From: Octopus bimaculoides
Taxonomy: Eukaryota
NCBI RefSeq assembly: GCF_001194135.2
Contig: NC_068985.1
Coordinates: forward strand, 40,251,447 to 40,315,446
Length of the DNA: 64,000 nucleotides
Direction: 5' to 3'
Made by a program: the position numbers and the translations under genes. The notes below the pieces were generated by a model. That model saw only the letters and a program-made list of their open reading frames with translations. It had not been told where the DNA came from and ran no database searches. How positions within the stretch are numbered: position 1 is the first letter of the stretch; each line of letters starts with the position of its first letter. This document shows, one piece after another, positions 63,950-64,000 of the stretch.

Positions 63950-64000
<51 letters not shown>

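Noticed and set aside
1-64000. CRISPR arrays, rRNA or genuine tRNA genes
   Set aside because: No regular repeat-spacer array and no rRNA-like sequence. All tRNA-like boxes are degenerate SINE heads without a full cloverleaf.

Overview
AT-rich, microsatellite-dense animal genomic DNA with four N-gaps. The repeat landscape suggests a coleoid cephalopod such as Octopus (inference, no database search). The whole window lies inside one minus-strand gene for a Sorbin/SH3 (SORBS/CAP-family) adaptor. Nine coding exons can be stitched by hand, with GT-AG sites and matching phases, into 1608 nt (536 codons) of open frame: 57853-57269, 49924-49856, 47481-47407, 46795-46602, 44968-44668, 40277-40212, 27995-27802, 24036-23961 and 8903-8856. 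The SoHo (sorbin homology) domain is split across the 27995 and 24036 exons (KKYEGIGPLDNQGIPLAFRM|NIDEENQHDWYKQMYKTLH). I did not find the start codon or the SH3 exons, which presumably lie outside the window. The introns hold a dead D,D34D mariner, Tc1-like and piggyBac-like MITEs, RTE, RLE (HERO-like) and Penelope-like retroelement remnants, and many tRNA-derived SINE copies. The most unusual signal is three minimal hammerhead-ribozyme motifs of the Penelope type. One sits in a tRNA-headed, inverted-repeat element with a 12-bp target-site duplication nested in an RTE tail, and the ribozyme half facing the host transcript has been deleted. Several candidate alternative, terminal or poison exons downstream of or within the SoHo region are also flagged. 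Almost all ORFs in the supplied track that are not listed here are microsatellite, gap or antisense artefacts.
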